Source: Daphnia carinata (Eukaryota). From it: a DNA stretch of 64,000 nucleotides. Position 1 is the first letter of the stretch; each line of letters opens with the position of its first letter. The translations under genes and the position numbers were made by a program. The notes under the pieces were generated by a model. The model did no database searches and was not told where the DNA came from. It was given only the letters and a program-made list of their open reading frames with translations. Of the stretch, positions 28,863-42,250 are shown one piece after another. The stretch covers positions 3,844,001-3,908,000 of the forward strand of contig NC_081333.1 in NCBI RefSeq assembly GCF_022539665.2, in the 5' to 3' direction.

Positions 28863-29683
28863 AGAAAAAATTTATATTTTTTTTTTTACTAATAACTTGT
28901 CATCATTTATTGTCCAAAAAAATCACGTAATCCACAACTTAATATTAAAAAAAAAAAAAAAAAAAAAGTAAAAAATCAAAAACATTTGAATTTGATCTGT
29001 TTTTGGAAATTGTAGTAGACCGTAATAGGCCAGCATTTTTTTTTCCTCCTAAATTTTGTTCATCTACAACTCCTCCCCTTCGCACACAAACACACAGCTG
29101 GACTGTTATTTTTTTTTTTTTCCTTTTTTTTTTAACGTTCACATGTCCCTAAAAATCCCTATAAGTAAATACACGTTTCGTCGTATTGCCCTAAAGCATC
29201 TTTTTGCTGTTTTGGAGACTTGACCTCGTCGTAGAGCACGGCTATCAGACAGAAAGTCAGAGAAAGAGAAACAAAAATATTCCCATCATGGAGCGTTCGT
29301 GCGTGTGCACACAGCATTATGTGAAAATAATATCTAGGTCAAGGGGGTTGCTTGCGGCATCGTCATCCCCATCTATACAAACGGCCTTATCCGCCAATGT
29401 TCGCGCAAGTGTCAGAGGATCGTGCACTATATCGAACGCACTTAAATGACGTGATAACGAATGTGGCATACGAACATCCGGCCATGCCCATGAGTATTAA
29501 TTGTTTCAACCTTGTTACGAGTACGCCTACACTGATATAGGTATAGACATCCGCCAATGTCGGCATTTTAACTTTCACTTATGCTGCGCTGACCAGCAGA
29601 TTAGAAAGGAAAACATGTCGCGTTTTGTAACAACATTCGTACTAACATTGTCGAACGGACTGTGAGAGTGAACGGACGCGGAA

Positions 29684-30516
29684 ATGGAAGATCAAATCGA
29701 AAGGCAGCGAACTCACCTTCAGCGGAGGAAAATCTCTGCTGCAATCAAGGTAAATTATTCAGAGTGTTGGTTTGCTTTTTAATTGACGTAACTGAAAGCG
29801 AATTTTTCCCCGGATCCCAGCTGGAACGGATACAACGATTTGTTGGAGAAGAAGCAGTCAAAGTGGAAGTTATTGAGGAATTGGAACGGGAATACGACAC
29901 GACTCAAAGGCAGTTAAAGGAATTGGAAATTAGTAACGAAGCTAGAAGAAGGCGTGAAATTCAAACTTTGCGCCGTTTCGGCGTGATGGATAGTGCGCTC
30001 TCCGGAATTCGTTACAGCTTACCTGATATCGAGATTAGCCGCATCCGAAACCACTCGTCTTTGGGCAATCATCATTCGGAAGAGGCTGCCAGTGGGGAAG
30101 AAGAAGTGGTGGATGAAGCCGACGAAGAGGAAGATCTTTACCGAAAGAAAAAAACCTGGAAAGCTTTGGGATGGTTGTCTGCGTCTCCTATTTTCTTTCG
30201 ACCAAGAAGTAGAAGTGAAACAAGCAGTCGAAAGTATCGTGCAATGTCAGCCGGAGTAGTGCCCAATCCGTCATCCACAACGGTTCTAAGTTTAAGGCGA
30301 CTTTACACTGGTCGATCAGAATTTTACGACGTAGAAGACGAAGTCGTGGAGCCAGGCAACAGTGTTACAAATCGCACTGCAGATCAGGCTACAGGAGATA
30401 ATGTTCCACCGGCAAGACCATCGATACTCATCAATCAGAGGACGCTAGACGAAATCAATCGGTTTGAAAGCCTAATCAAAAATTATTTCCTTAAAAAACA
30501 ACACAAGCGATATTGA
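29684..30516 (+). CDS. Unknown protein (~253 aa) with N-terminal coiled-coil-like and acidic regions; exons 29684-29749 and 29821-30516
   Basis: MEDQIERQRTHLQRRKISAAIK ends at AAG|GT and joins cag|CTG in phase 0 to a long open frame; no recognised family. Confidence 0.6.
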
Positions 30517-30797
30517 TGCCCTGGTTTCCACCATTAGCTAGTCAAATCAGGGGCATAATTAAGTATGACAGACTTACCGGTAAATATTTTACACACGTGT
30601 AGCATAGTTTCTAGAAATGACTACACTTCATGTTCGTCAACAGCCATTTTGTTACAAACCTCTGCGCATTAATAAATGGAAGATATATTTTAGAGTGAAC
30701 GCTAGATGGCACCGCAAGTGCAACGTGTTTATCTCGAGCCGATAAAAGTGTTTCTCGAAAAATAATAGAATAGCAAGTTACAACAAATTCGTATTGA

Positions 30798-31520
30798 AAT
30801 CAGAGACAGATATGACAATCCGTTTTACCCCGCAATAAAAAAAGATTTCTTTTTCTCTGTGTTACTATCGCCATCACCGGTCAGATTTCTACTTAATTCT
30901 ATACATGCACTCGCGGAATATTTCTGAAGCATCGCGCTAGCGCTGTAGCGTTCTGGCGCGCTAGCATTGTGTCAAATATTCGGTGTATTTCAAAAACGAT
31001 TAAATTAATGAAAAAAATAGCAATTTTCCCGAAATCAGCATTCAATTTTGAGTGTATCCTGTGATATTCAACCCATTCCGGTGAGTGTCAGTTTTTCCCG
31101 AATAAAAATTTAAGCCCGACCCATAAATAAGCCCGACTCATCAATAAGCCCGACTTTCTGCTACATGGCGCTAGCGCTGTAACGTACTGGCGCGCTAGCA
31201 TTGCGCCAAATACTCGGCGTATTTCAAAAACGGTTAGCTTAATGGAAAAAATTGCAATTTTCTCGGAATCAGCATTCAATTTTGAGTATGTTCTGTGATA
31301 TTCAACCAATTCCAATGAGTGTCAGTTTTTGCAGAAAAATTTTTTAAGCCCGACTAAATAAGCTCGACTAAATAAGCCCGACTTTTCGTTTGAGTGTGTA
31401 GAGAATTAACTAGAAATCTGACCGGTAGATGGCGGTAGCAGCAAAACATAAAAAACTAAATATTTTTTTTTTCGCGGGGGGGCTGGGGGAGGTTTAACGC
31501 ATTGCCATAGATCTCAGATT
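30798..31520. mobile_element. Non-autonomous foldback/MITE-like element: imperfect ~115-130 bp terminal inverted repeats enclosing a ~234 bp direct duplication
   Basis: Left arm ...cgccatcaccggtcagatttctacttaattctatacatgcactc is the reverse complement of right arm gagtgtgtagagaattaactagaaatctgaccggtagatggcgg.... No coding capacity; no target-site duplication identified. Confidence 0.6.
30921..31385. repeat. Two diverged ~234 bp direct repeat units, each ending in three TAAGCCCGAC-type motifs
   Basis: gcgctagcgctgta occurs at 30934 and 31168, and aatcagcattcaattttgagt is present in both units. Confidence 0.9.
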
Positions 31521-31592
31521 GATAAGGCTAGCTAGCCTTAATGCTTACATATTTGAAACCAAAGATTTGTTTTGTGCAAAAAAAAAAATAAC

Positions 31593-33874
31593 ATGAATAA
31601 ACCAGTCGTTATTCATTGGTTTCGCAAAGGACTTCGCCTACACGATAATCCTGCTTTATTGTCTGCTCTTGAAAAGGTAATATCGTGTTCGTGATCAATA
31701 TGATTTTCAAGAACCAGTTTATTGTTCGGTTTTCGATTAATTTTCACTTTTTTTGTAGGTTGGGGAAAGCCATTATGAACTGAGACCAGTCTTCATTCTG
31801 GATCCATGGTAAACATGATAGCTGTAGGAGACAGTTGTATGATCAAAACATATTAATTAGGTTACAGTCATTACAAACCTTGAATAACTAGGTTTGTTAA
31901 AAATGCAAGAGTAGGCCCTAATCGTTGGAGGTTTCTCATTCAAAGCCTTCAAGATTTAGATAACAACTTGAAAAAAATTGGGTCTCGCCTGTTTGTTGTG
32001 AAAGGGTCGCCTTTGGAAGTATTCAAGAAACTCTTGAAGGAATGGAATGTAAAAAAACTGACTTTTGAGGTTGATATAGAACCTTATGCAAAAAGTAGAG
32101 ATGAAGAAATAAAACAGCTTGCTGAAAAGCACTCTGTCACCGTAATTACAAAAGTGTCCCATACAATTTATGATTTGGAACAGTAAGAAATTTCAAATCA
32201 TGTTGCTTATAAAGTTTTAAATATTACTATGTCATCTTATATTTTTTTAGGGTTTTCAAAGCAAATGGTAACAAAGCCCCACTGACCTATGTAAAGTTCC
32301 AGTCTGTGGTAGCGAAATTTGGAATTCCCCAAAAGGCATTTGATTCCCCAGGAAGCTTGCCAAAGCAGTGCCAGACTTTGCTTTTGTCTGAAGACTATAA
32401 TGTTCCGCATTTGGAGGAGATGAGAGTTGACTTGACGGGATTAGGGAAAGAGCTATTTCGTGGCGGCGAGAGTGAAGCTCTAATCAGATTGAATAAGTAC
32501 ATGAATCAACAGGTATTTATAAATGCGTTAGCACTTCTGAGGGTGTTTACCAAGCTAATGTTTATTATTCGGCTTATCTATCTTATCTAGGAATGGGTGT
32601 GTAAATTCAGTAAACCAGATACATCACCAAATAGCATGGAACCATCAACCACTGTGTTGAGTCCCTATCTCAAATTTGGATGCTTGTCGCCTCGCCTAAT
32701 GTACCATCGGATTCATGACGTAAAATATTCTATTAGTGGTTTTTTTATGTTGTGTTTTCGACGCTTAATGCATTCTGTACACGTAGGTAGTTGCTGGTCG
32801 AAAACATACCAGTCCACCGACGTCATTGACTGGTCAGTTGCTTTGGCGAGAGTTTTACTATACTTGTGGCGCATATGTTCCTAATTTTGACAGAATGGAG
32901 GGAAATCCGATTTGCAAGCAAATCCCATGGAAACGTGATCGAGAAGATAAAAATTATCTTGCTTGGAAAGACGTATGCATTTCTGATTTCTAACTAGATG
33001 AAAAAAAAAAAAAACCCAAAAAATTAACATCTGGTACAGGGACAAACAGGATATCCGTTCATAGATGCCATCATGACGCAATTAAGGACAGAAGGTTGGA
33101 TCCACCACTTGGCCAGGCATGCTGTTGCATGCTTCCTAACACGTGGAGATTTATGGGTATCATGGGAACTTGGACAAGAGGTAGCTCTTAGTTTAATTTC
33201 TTGAGTTGTTGGTATCGCTTTTGGTGTTAATCACGTTTGATGAACTTCTGGAAGGTTTTTGAAGAGCTGCTATTAGACGCTGATTGGTCGTTGAACGCTG
33301 GAAACTGGATGTGGCTCTCTGCATCAGCTTTCTTTCACCAGTACTTCCGTGTTTATAGCCCAATAGCCTTTGGCAAAAAAACCGACAAAAATGGCGATTA
33401 CATCAAGTATAAATATTCTTTGCTTCTGCATTCGTTAGAATAGTTCCATTATTCTAATTTTAACAGGAGGTATCTGCCGGTTTTGAAGAAGTTTCCATCA
33501 GAATACATTTATGAACCCTGGAAAGCTCCTTTAAGTGTCCAGCAAAAGGCTGGATGCATTATTGGTAATGACGTAATAGTCAATTCGATTCAGCTAACCT
33601 AAAAATGTGCCCGAACTGTGATTTAGGAAAAGACTATCCGAAGCGAATAGTAGACCATGAAATTGCCGTAAAAGAGAATTTAGCCAAGATGAAGGAAGCC
33701 TATCAAGGCCATAAAGAAGAAGGTAAGCAAATTCAAACTGATGCTTTAGCTTAGGCTTCTTTCCCCCTCTAGATTGAGTTTTGTGCAGGGTCTGAAAATG
33801 TAACTGCTAAACGAAAAAAAGCGCCTTCTAAGGACTCTCCACCCAAAATAACAAAATTCTTGAAAAAGAAATAA
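31593..33874 (+). CDS. phr6-4: (6-4) photolyase (cryptochrome/photolyase family), multi-exon
   Basis: [72 protein letters not shown] and [19 protein letters not shown] are (6-4) photolyase-type rather than CRY1/CRY2-type segments. Confidence 0.88.
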
Positions 33875-34171
33875 CTCGTACCCAACACGAACAGTAACCT
33901 TTGGATCTAAGAAAGTGCAATTATAAAAATGTTCTATGTACATCGTTCCTTTTTTTTTCATCAAATACATTGTAAATTGATACGTACATTGTTGCATTTA
34001 ATTGGGTATCAAAATTGATTTTGTAAGTTGCTTTCATTTCTTTCATCTCTACTGTACCGGAATTTAGATGGCGCCCAAAGTACTTTTAGAATCATTGATA
34101 GATGGCAGTAAACATTTCAGCGCCAAATCGAACTATGGCGCCGGGAACATTATCTGTAACTGCAGTAAACT

Positions 34172-36879
34172 ATGGCAACCACTTCGTCTTTCTCTAAAGT
34201 AGGAACTGTGATTTGGTTTGTAATGGTTTAGTCATTCTGATTTTGTATTCATTGCCATCAGGGTTGTTTTGTCTTCAAAGCTAAACTAGAAAGTAGTGGG
34301 CAAAGTCCAAGGAAGAAAGCCAGAAAATCTTCCAATGTACTTCATAGATCAAATGGCGATCTCGATACTTCATCCTTATTTGGGAAATGTGACAAGTCTT
34401 CTATGGAAGTTAGACAAGATTCCTACAAGAAAATTTGGAAGTTGACAAAAAAGAAAAGCGAGGTCAGATTCCAAACAGTGTTCATTAAATATAAAAAATA
34501 AGTAGTTGTGAATTGCAGGACATCATTTCAGATAGCCACAAACAGCTCCTGCATGATGTAAGTCAATTTGTTAGTGAAAATGCGGATAGTGGACAAAGCA
34601 GCATACCTACTGCATTAGTAGCGTTAGGAGTTAACCTTCCAGGTTCAATGAATTTTTGAGTTTGTGAAAATATTGATTTACCATTTTTTTTGTTGTATTA
34701 TTTACAGATCATGCAGCATTTTTCAACCTTTTGGATTCTACATTAAATACCCATGTATCCCCATTTGTCGCCATGTTAAATTCAAAAGAATGCCCCTCAT
34801 TGAAGAACATGGTACTAAAAGCCATCCAGAAATTGACAAGTTGTGATTTGATAGATGATGATGCCGAAAAGGATGAGGAAGCAGATGAAATTGTACCTGT
34901 CAGATCATCATCTAAGATCAAGACATTCGCTAACCTCGCGACATGGTACTCCAATGTCGTAATTAAAACTCCCTTGATCATCATCCTACAAGATTTGGAG
35001 TCTTTTAGTACTCAACAGTTGCAGGATTTTGTGTTACTCTGCAGGTATACTTTTTTGCTGTAGTACTATATTTGTCTCACATATTAATACATTTTGGCTC
35101 CCTAGGGAATATCGAGTTCGAAATAAGTTGCCTATTCAATTCATTATGGGTATTGCGACGACAGTGGCCCTCCAACAACAACTCCACCATCGCACTTCGG
35201 TCTGTCTTGCGACCAAATCATTCCAGTCACGGCCTTCAATCGTTCTTCTAAACCATCTCATAGAACAGCTCTTTATGAAAAGCAGCGTTTTAAAACTTGG
35301 ACCAAGGCTGATGCAACTTTTACTGGATGGGTTCCTATATCACGACTTATCACTCAGCAGTTTTCTTATGCGTGTCCATCTGATAATAATGCAACACTAC
35401 ATAACCTTACCGGTTTCTTCGCTTTGCTGCTCTATGACTGAACTAAAAGTAATCTGTTCCTTTTTCCGGCTATAGGACTCGCTTGATAATTTTTCTTGTG
35501 TTCTTGGCATGTCAGGATAGAATGAAGCAACTCGGTGCAGCAGATTTAGATCTGTACCGCCAGCTTCCATCGTTTATGAAATTCATTGAAAATAATCGGT
35601 CTAGAGTTTCACTGCTAACGGACGACAAGGAATTCCGATTATTTCTGCAAAAATCGTTAGAGGTAACAATGAATGTAATATCATTCGTTTTCTGGTGCCT
35701 GAAGTGAGCAAACGTTCTAGGATTTGGACAGCTATTCTAAGGACTTCTCATTGAGCTGTCGAATTCTTCATTGCCTAAGCGATGGAATGCCCGATGCATT
35801 GTTTGGCAAAAGTTTACGTGAAGTTTACGTAAATTTCTTGATTGGTGCGGAATCTGAGGATTGGGATCGGTTTATTCAATTGATTAATATTTCCACGTCG
35901 TACGAACTGCAAAGCAGAATCCAAGCTGCCCTGAATAGCCTAAAAGAATCAGACGTGTCCAGTGCTTTGTCGGATTTCTCCACCAGTCTCGTTCTCTTCT
36001 CAGAGGAACTGCAGCGTTTGGAACAAGCACCAGACACCGACGCTGCTACGAGCCCCAAAAGTCCGAATGTCTTTGTACCTAAAGGCAAGAAACTGGACAA
36101 ATTCGAATTGAAAGCTGTAAATATTCCAATAACCTAAATTTCTTTAACACTGACTAACTGTAACAACATAATCTAGCAATTGTTGGCGTCAGCAAAACAA
36201 GCCCGCCCTACTTCAAAATTCGACGAAATAAAATCCGAGATCGTATCCTGGTTGAACTCTCATCTAACACGTCAGCTGAAATCTCCTACCACTATATTGT
36301 TTCATGAAGTATTTTATGCTGGTAGCCAAGTTCAGAGTATGCAATTTTCATTTTTATTATATCTTCCAGTTTTACATAAAACAAATGCGTATGTAATTAT
36401 TTTTATAGGTAGTTGGGATATTGTCCCATGGATTCGGCGCCAGGTTCAACCAGTTCCTAGAGTCGCAATTAGTAAGGCTCTGTCGGATCCGGCGTCATAC
36501 CTTGGTTGCAACTGTTGCTCTTCAAACGGACAAGGATCGCAACTTCTGCCTACCATGCCCGATCTCTGCATAGTCTACAAATTACACACCGAGTGCGGTC
36601 GCTTAATCAACCTTTACGACTGGATGTTGTCTTTCAATGCCATTCAACAAAAGGTAGGAAAATATAACATATGTCTTTATCATTTCGCGCGACAAACGTG
36701 ACAAATTTATTCAATGAAAAAAACAAAACAAAAAGGACAAGGATAACGATAATGAAGAAATCGAGCCAATTATTCAAGCACGTTTTATTCGAGCGGTTGC
36801 GCAATTACAGTTACTTGGATTTATTCAGTCGTCGAAACGGAAGACAGATCATGTTGCTCGCTTAACTTGGGGTGTCTAA
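34172..36879 (+). CDS. ORC3: Origin recognition complex subunit 3, multi-exon
   Basis: N-terminal [56 protein letters not shown] and C-terminal [33 protein letters not shown]. Confidence 0.93.
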
Positions 36880-37670
36880 GCATTCAATGCGGACTTGCAG
36901 TGCTTCAAATCTTTTCTGAAAAGGTACTTGGTGTAGCGAGCCGTACTGCCCATAATACTTTTGTGGTAGAGTTGCTCGAGCTCGAAGCCACGATGAAGGA
37001 AGAATTCTTTTGCCTCTTGTTGGCATTCAGTAATACACGCCTCAATTGAAGAGTATCCGCGTTCGTAACAAAAATGTGAAGCTGCAGAGATTAACTGTGT
37101 AGCAACTTTTTTTCGTTTAAATTCTTGATCAACTGCAAGTCTCTTCAGCCAGCCACTGCAGGCTTTATCTTTGTTACGTGTGATGCCCAAAAACCCTATT
37201 ACTTTTTTTGATTTTGAAGACAGCTCATCTTCTAGTCCTTGAAAATTTGCCATGCTGATGAAGGTGACATTTTCCCGAGGATTCAGATCTATAAGAGGGC
37301 CATAAAATTCTGCCACAAGAAATGTGGTTTTATCTGATTCTTGATATTGCTGCTTCACTAGAGATAATTCATTTTGAATTTCTAGACTTTTCATCATGGC
37401 GCTACTCCATATTGATGCATAAAGAATTGTTATTGTCAATGGCACTGATACTGCACAGTGAAAGAAGGGTATTCCCACTATGATGAATAATACTGCGGCG
37501 AAGAAAACCATCAGCTGAAATATTGTCTCGCGAAACAAAGCCGAAAAGAATGTGCGGTTGACTGTAGACATTATGGTAGTTCCAGCTATTTTCTTGCAAT
37601 CGATTTCGTCGCCTTGTGTAAAAGGACGAATCAAAACGAAGCGCTGTGATTCGCTAGTAGGACTCGACAT
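36876..37670 (-). CDS. NAT8/camello-like GNAT N-acetyltransferase with an internal hydrophobic membrane segment; CDS uninterrupted, 264 aa
   Basis: N-terminal IRPF, a hydrophobic helix, GNAT motif A ([16 protein letters not shown]) and motif B ([13 protein letters not shown]). Confidence 0.8.
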   Translation of the reverse strand: MSSPTSESQRFVLIRPFTQGDEIDCKKIAGTTIMSTVNRTFFSALFRETIFQLMVFFAAVLFIIVGIPFFHCAVSVPLTITILYASIWSSAMMKSLEIQNELSLVKQQYQESDKTTFLVAEFYGPLIDLNPRENVTFISMANFQGLEDELSSKSKKVIGFLGITRNKDKACSGWLKRLAVDQEFKRKKVATQLISAASHFCYERGYSSIEACITECQQEAKEFFLHRGFELEQLYHKSIMGSTARYTKYLFRKDLKHCKSALNA

Positions 37671-38718
37671 TTCAAGAAAGACAACCTACTACGATAAATA
37701 ATTTTATTGACAGATTCACACGTTTACAAGAAAATCAAAACAGTTTTGACTCCCAACCACTTGTTGGCAACTTGTTTTGTTTTTTAACGTCCGTTTCCTA
37801 ATTTGTGGGAATGGACATGGAACAAAGCTAAACTATGGAAGGAAACGGTTATCCTAACCTTTTGTACGTGCGATGCCAACAGTGGTATCACTGTTACAAG
37901 AAAAAAGTTTTGAAAACCAAACTGCTGTTTATACAACACCAGTACCTTGCCAATAAATAGCATTGGATTTCGAAATATCAATCTGCGATTCCTGCTTGAC
38001 AATTACCGAAGGCACTTGATAATAAATTTCCACATTGAAGCCACGTCACCGTAAGCATACATAATATCGCTTGTGTAAATAATTTCATCTCACATTTAAG
38101 TATTTCTAGAATATTTGTTACTGATGTCACTCAAGAAGTAGTAACGCAAGCACACCAAGCAAATCTCTTCTATGAGATGTTGAAACAACTTATTTTCGTG
38201 CCAACCAATGCTGAAGTTCTAAATCCATTATTGACACGCTACTTTGGGACCTAAGAACGTTTCCATATTTTTTACTTCGAAAACAATAGTGGTAAGTGCT
38301 CATTTAATTTAATCACTTGCGAAAGCGCCTCACTGCTGAGTCAAAAAGAATTCCTTAACAATAATTTAGGTTTTCCCATTTGAGCACTTTTCCACTGCTT
38401 GACAAAGTCTTTAGTAAAGATGTGACAGAAAGCTTTCGATTTTGCTGTGTAAAACGGAACCCAATTGCAGTCAAACTAAATTTTATTCGTTTTTTCTTAA
38501 ATCCATATAGAATTAAATTAACTTTTGCTGTAGTAAATGGTGGTTTTTGTGTGAGGAATAAGGGGAATTTTTAAAAAGATTTATTTTTCGGATGCGAACG
38601 GGCCAAACAATAATGTCAACGGTGAGTACAGGTCTTGCTTTTAGCATAGTCTCCTAACGGGGGGACCGGGCGAATATTGAAATTTAATTATCAAACAAAA
38701 GAAACAAATTGCCTTTTA

Positions 38719-41700
38719 TTATTCCCTCCCCGCCGTCCTGTTAGGAGTACCGATACTCATTGCGCGAATACGCGGCTGTTCAGAGGACGATCTAATTTTA
38801 TTAGGTGAGCGGAGACTAATATTTTTGTTGGCCTTATTCTTTTTAGGCATAAAATTCAGATCAATTTTTAAATCCGTCAGTTTCTTTCTATGCCCGTACA
38901 CTTGTGGAGACGAAAGGGATGCCCGATCGTTTTCCAAACTTTCAGCTGCCATATCGTTACTGTTTCGAGAGTCTGCAGATTTACTGGCGTTGAATCCCCT
39001 CTTCGTCATTTCTCTGCTAACTGCCATCTGTAAAATTACATTACAATTTAATCGTTATGAGATCTTAAATTAATTGTTTTTTTTTTTAATTATTATTACA
39101 GGTAAGATGCCAGTGCCATTAAGACCCATGGTGGGTGATTGCTGATTAAGCAAAGTGATGCTCTGGCTAAGAGAATTAGCAAGGGATGATCGGCCAGGAA
39201 TAGAGGTGAGTGAATTTGAACGTTTTAATTGAGGCAATGGAGAAGTTCTTGCTGAAACTGATCCCCCATTCGATGGTTCAATCCTACTGGGCCCGTCAGG
39301 TGATAGCAACGTCATAGTGGGTTGAGACGATCTTCTGTAACGTAAAATCTCTTAGTCTGATTTGTAGGAAAAATTTGCCAATCGTCGTATTAGTACATAG
39401 GCTTGCCCTCAATCTGTTTAATCAAACGTTCGTTATGTTTGGTAACGGCTTCTTGCTGCCTAAGCAGAGCTTCTCTCAAAGAGTAGAGGTCAGCGTTCTC
39501 TTTCCGAAGGGCTCGATTTTCTTGCAATAAACTGTGCAATAACTGATGGGCTTCGTGGGCTGGCAGTTCGCTTAATCTCGGTGTGTCCATTGCCGCTCCT
39601 GTCAGCGAATCTTGTTCTGTATTTGAGGACCTAATTACAGCTGTTACAGGCCTTTCTGGCTGTTGGCCTGTTGATTTTTCCAAATCGATCAAATTTCGCA
39701 AATGGACATTTTCTTCCTGCAGCGCCATCACTGCCCGTTTCAAACTTAGAATCAATGCCTCCCTCGGATCCTGAATGAGTTAATATTCTATATATCATTC
39801 CATTGCTATAGTTTCTTTGCAATGATATTGAAAAATTGTTACCATAACGACGACAGGTTTGTTGCGGATATGTTTTGCTCTAGCCGCGTAACGCAGCGTG
39901 TTTAAAGTTTCAGACAAATTCGATCGTGCCGGAGACACGCACGCCACCTGTTGTTATCATCCAATTTGTTAGTTTTTTTTTTTTTCTTGTAGACAAAATG
40001 AAGATGTAAAGGGTCTAGTTACCATTAAAGTTATGCCATTGCCAGCAAGACTATCAGACAGCAGTTGAGTAAGTTTAGAATCGCGGTAAGGAATATGTCC
40101 GTTTCGCTTCCTCGGATCGCTGAGCTGAGATATGCAATAACCTAATCATACAATGTCAATATAGTTGTCACATTCGTCTGAAAATAAATGTTCAATTACC
40201 TAGGACCATCAAACTTTTATTGATGTTGTTGGCCTCTTCAAGAGTTTTACCCTGGCTGTTGGTTTTCTTGGTCATTTCGCTACCTGCCAAATCGACAAAA
40301 TTGATTTTTCCATGTCTGCTCAGGTAAACTCCTTCTTCTGAAGCCTAGAAATCAATTTAATAATTTAATCATTGTAAATAGTAGATCATCAGTGGGGCTT
40401 TGCAGCAATTCACCTGTAACTCGGAGATGACGTGAACAGTAAGAATCGTATGGCTTCGACTGGAATAATCATTCATCCTGCGTAGCAATTCTGGTATTAA
40501 CTCCGTATTTTTTAAAACACGTACAAAATAAATTTATTACCCGTGACTGCCAACAGCTCGATTCCTCATACCTTCTTCGAGGACGGCAAGCAAATCGTCG
40601 AATTCCTAAACGGGATGTGACACACGAAAAGTTGGTCAACTTTCTTGAAATGTCACCGTGCGAATGTGGTGACAAACACCGTTAGGCACATCGCATCGCA
40701 GGATGTGAAATCATCAAGTACCTCGCATTCTACTGTGAAGAGATTCTCGACGTAAAAACCACCCGATGCTCTCGACCAGCGCACCTGCAGCGGTTTCTTG
40801 AAGGTACTCAAGTTGAGTAAGTCAATCACCTGCGAATTCGTGTCGCAAAAAAAGACATGAAGGATACCAAACTTTAATAGGTAAGCGTTTCCCTTTCCTT
40901 TCTATGCACTTAGCGCGGTGACCAATTATTATAGGCTTCCACTGGAACTACGCAACTTATGGCTTCTGATCGATGTGGTAAAAAAAAAGTAGACGGTGTA
41001 TACGAAAAGTAGGCTTCTACAACTACTAGAGAACTTGCCCACCCCTTTACGTCCTACTCACGCAATCCTCCATTTGGAAACTTTGAGTAATAGAGGGGTA
41101 GTTGTTGGTGGGCGACAGGAATTGTAATATACATGCAGTACAGTACATGTAGATGATATGACGAGGAAAACAGAAAAAAACTCCCGTTTTTTTTCTAGAT
41201 ATATTATTGTAACGTTTTACCTTTTCGTTGTAGATTTCCAGGAATGAAGCTTTGATAACGTAGGTGCAATCCGACTTGGCTTGCTTTTCCTTCAGACGGT
41301 CGAAAAGGTGGACAAATGCCCTGTAGATGAGTCCGTGTTCTTCCGAGAAAGGGTCCGGTTGGTCTTGGAACTATAACATCATTGATCGCATATCGCAATT
41401 TTTGTATCAATTATAAGAAAACGTACTAAATGGGGAGGGCCGGTAAGCGTATGAGTCTTTCCCGATCCTGTCTGTCCATAACAAAAAACTGTGGTAGAAT
41501 AGCCTTCCATGGCCATGGCGATAACCCTTGCCACACCGGACTTGTCCATCATCTCTGACTGGGTAGCAGTCTGGTCAAAAACGGAGTTGAACGTAAAGGT
41601 CTTGGCCGTCAACGTTTGATTGAAAGTAGATTGTGCGCCAGATAGAGCACTTTGTCCATTCGGTCTGACGTCTGGTCGCATCATTATTTGTTCATGACTA

Positions 41701-42250
41701 ATAACTTGAATGATGGTATCATCGTTTCGTTGAATTTCCCTTTCGCTCAATGGTCGTACTCTACGATTTAACCAAATCAATAGGGAAATGATAGCGAATC
41801 ATCCATAACAATTAAAATGTTTAAAGCCGCAAACTCACCTGACAACGACGCTAATATTACCCAAATCATCGACGCTATTGTCATTGCCTAAATCAGCCAG
41901 TGAACCGAACGAACTTGTATTTGAATAAGTCGAAGCGCTTCCAAATCTGCCCACAGTTGTGTTAAATCCATTCATTACCATAAATATTTTAAATTCTAAT
42001 CAAAGTCCATTGCAAATAAAATTGATCTCATACCCTTCGGAAGAGGTGGCTCGTCGTACGGATCCTTTCTTTCCGTTTCTCGTCAGTCCCATGTTGAATC
42101 TCGTGATTTTATTTTTGCTCTCAACGATTAGTGACGAACGACTTACTGATCATTTCCTTCCAAGTCGACTCTCGTTTGGATACTGAAGTCGGTCGATGAC
42201 TGTATGCTGCTAGTGTTGGTTCTTGAAAAAGGCGGACTCCCTTTTTCCAT
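38719..42250 (-). CDS. KIF12: Kinesin-like protein KIF12, multi-exon
   Basis: P-loop [57 protein letters not shown], followed by a coiled coil. Confidence 0.85.

Noticed and set aside
30517..30556. Hairpin immediately after the TGA of the orphan gene (possible readthrough or SECIS signal)
   Set aside because: The stop context is not UGA-C, another stop follows after six codons, and no SECIS core is evident.
31112..31385. TAAGCCCGAC short repeats as a CRISPR-like array
   Set aside because: Eukaryotic context, repeats and spacers far too short, no cas genes; treated as part of the foldback element.
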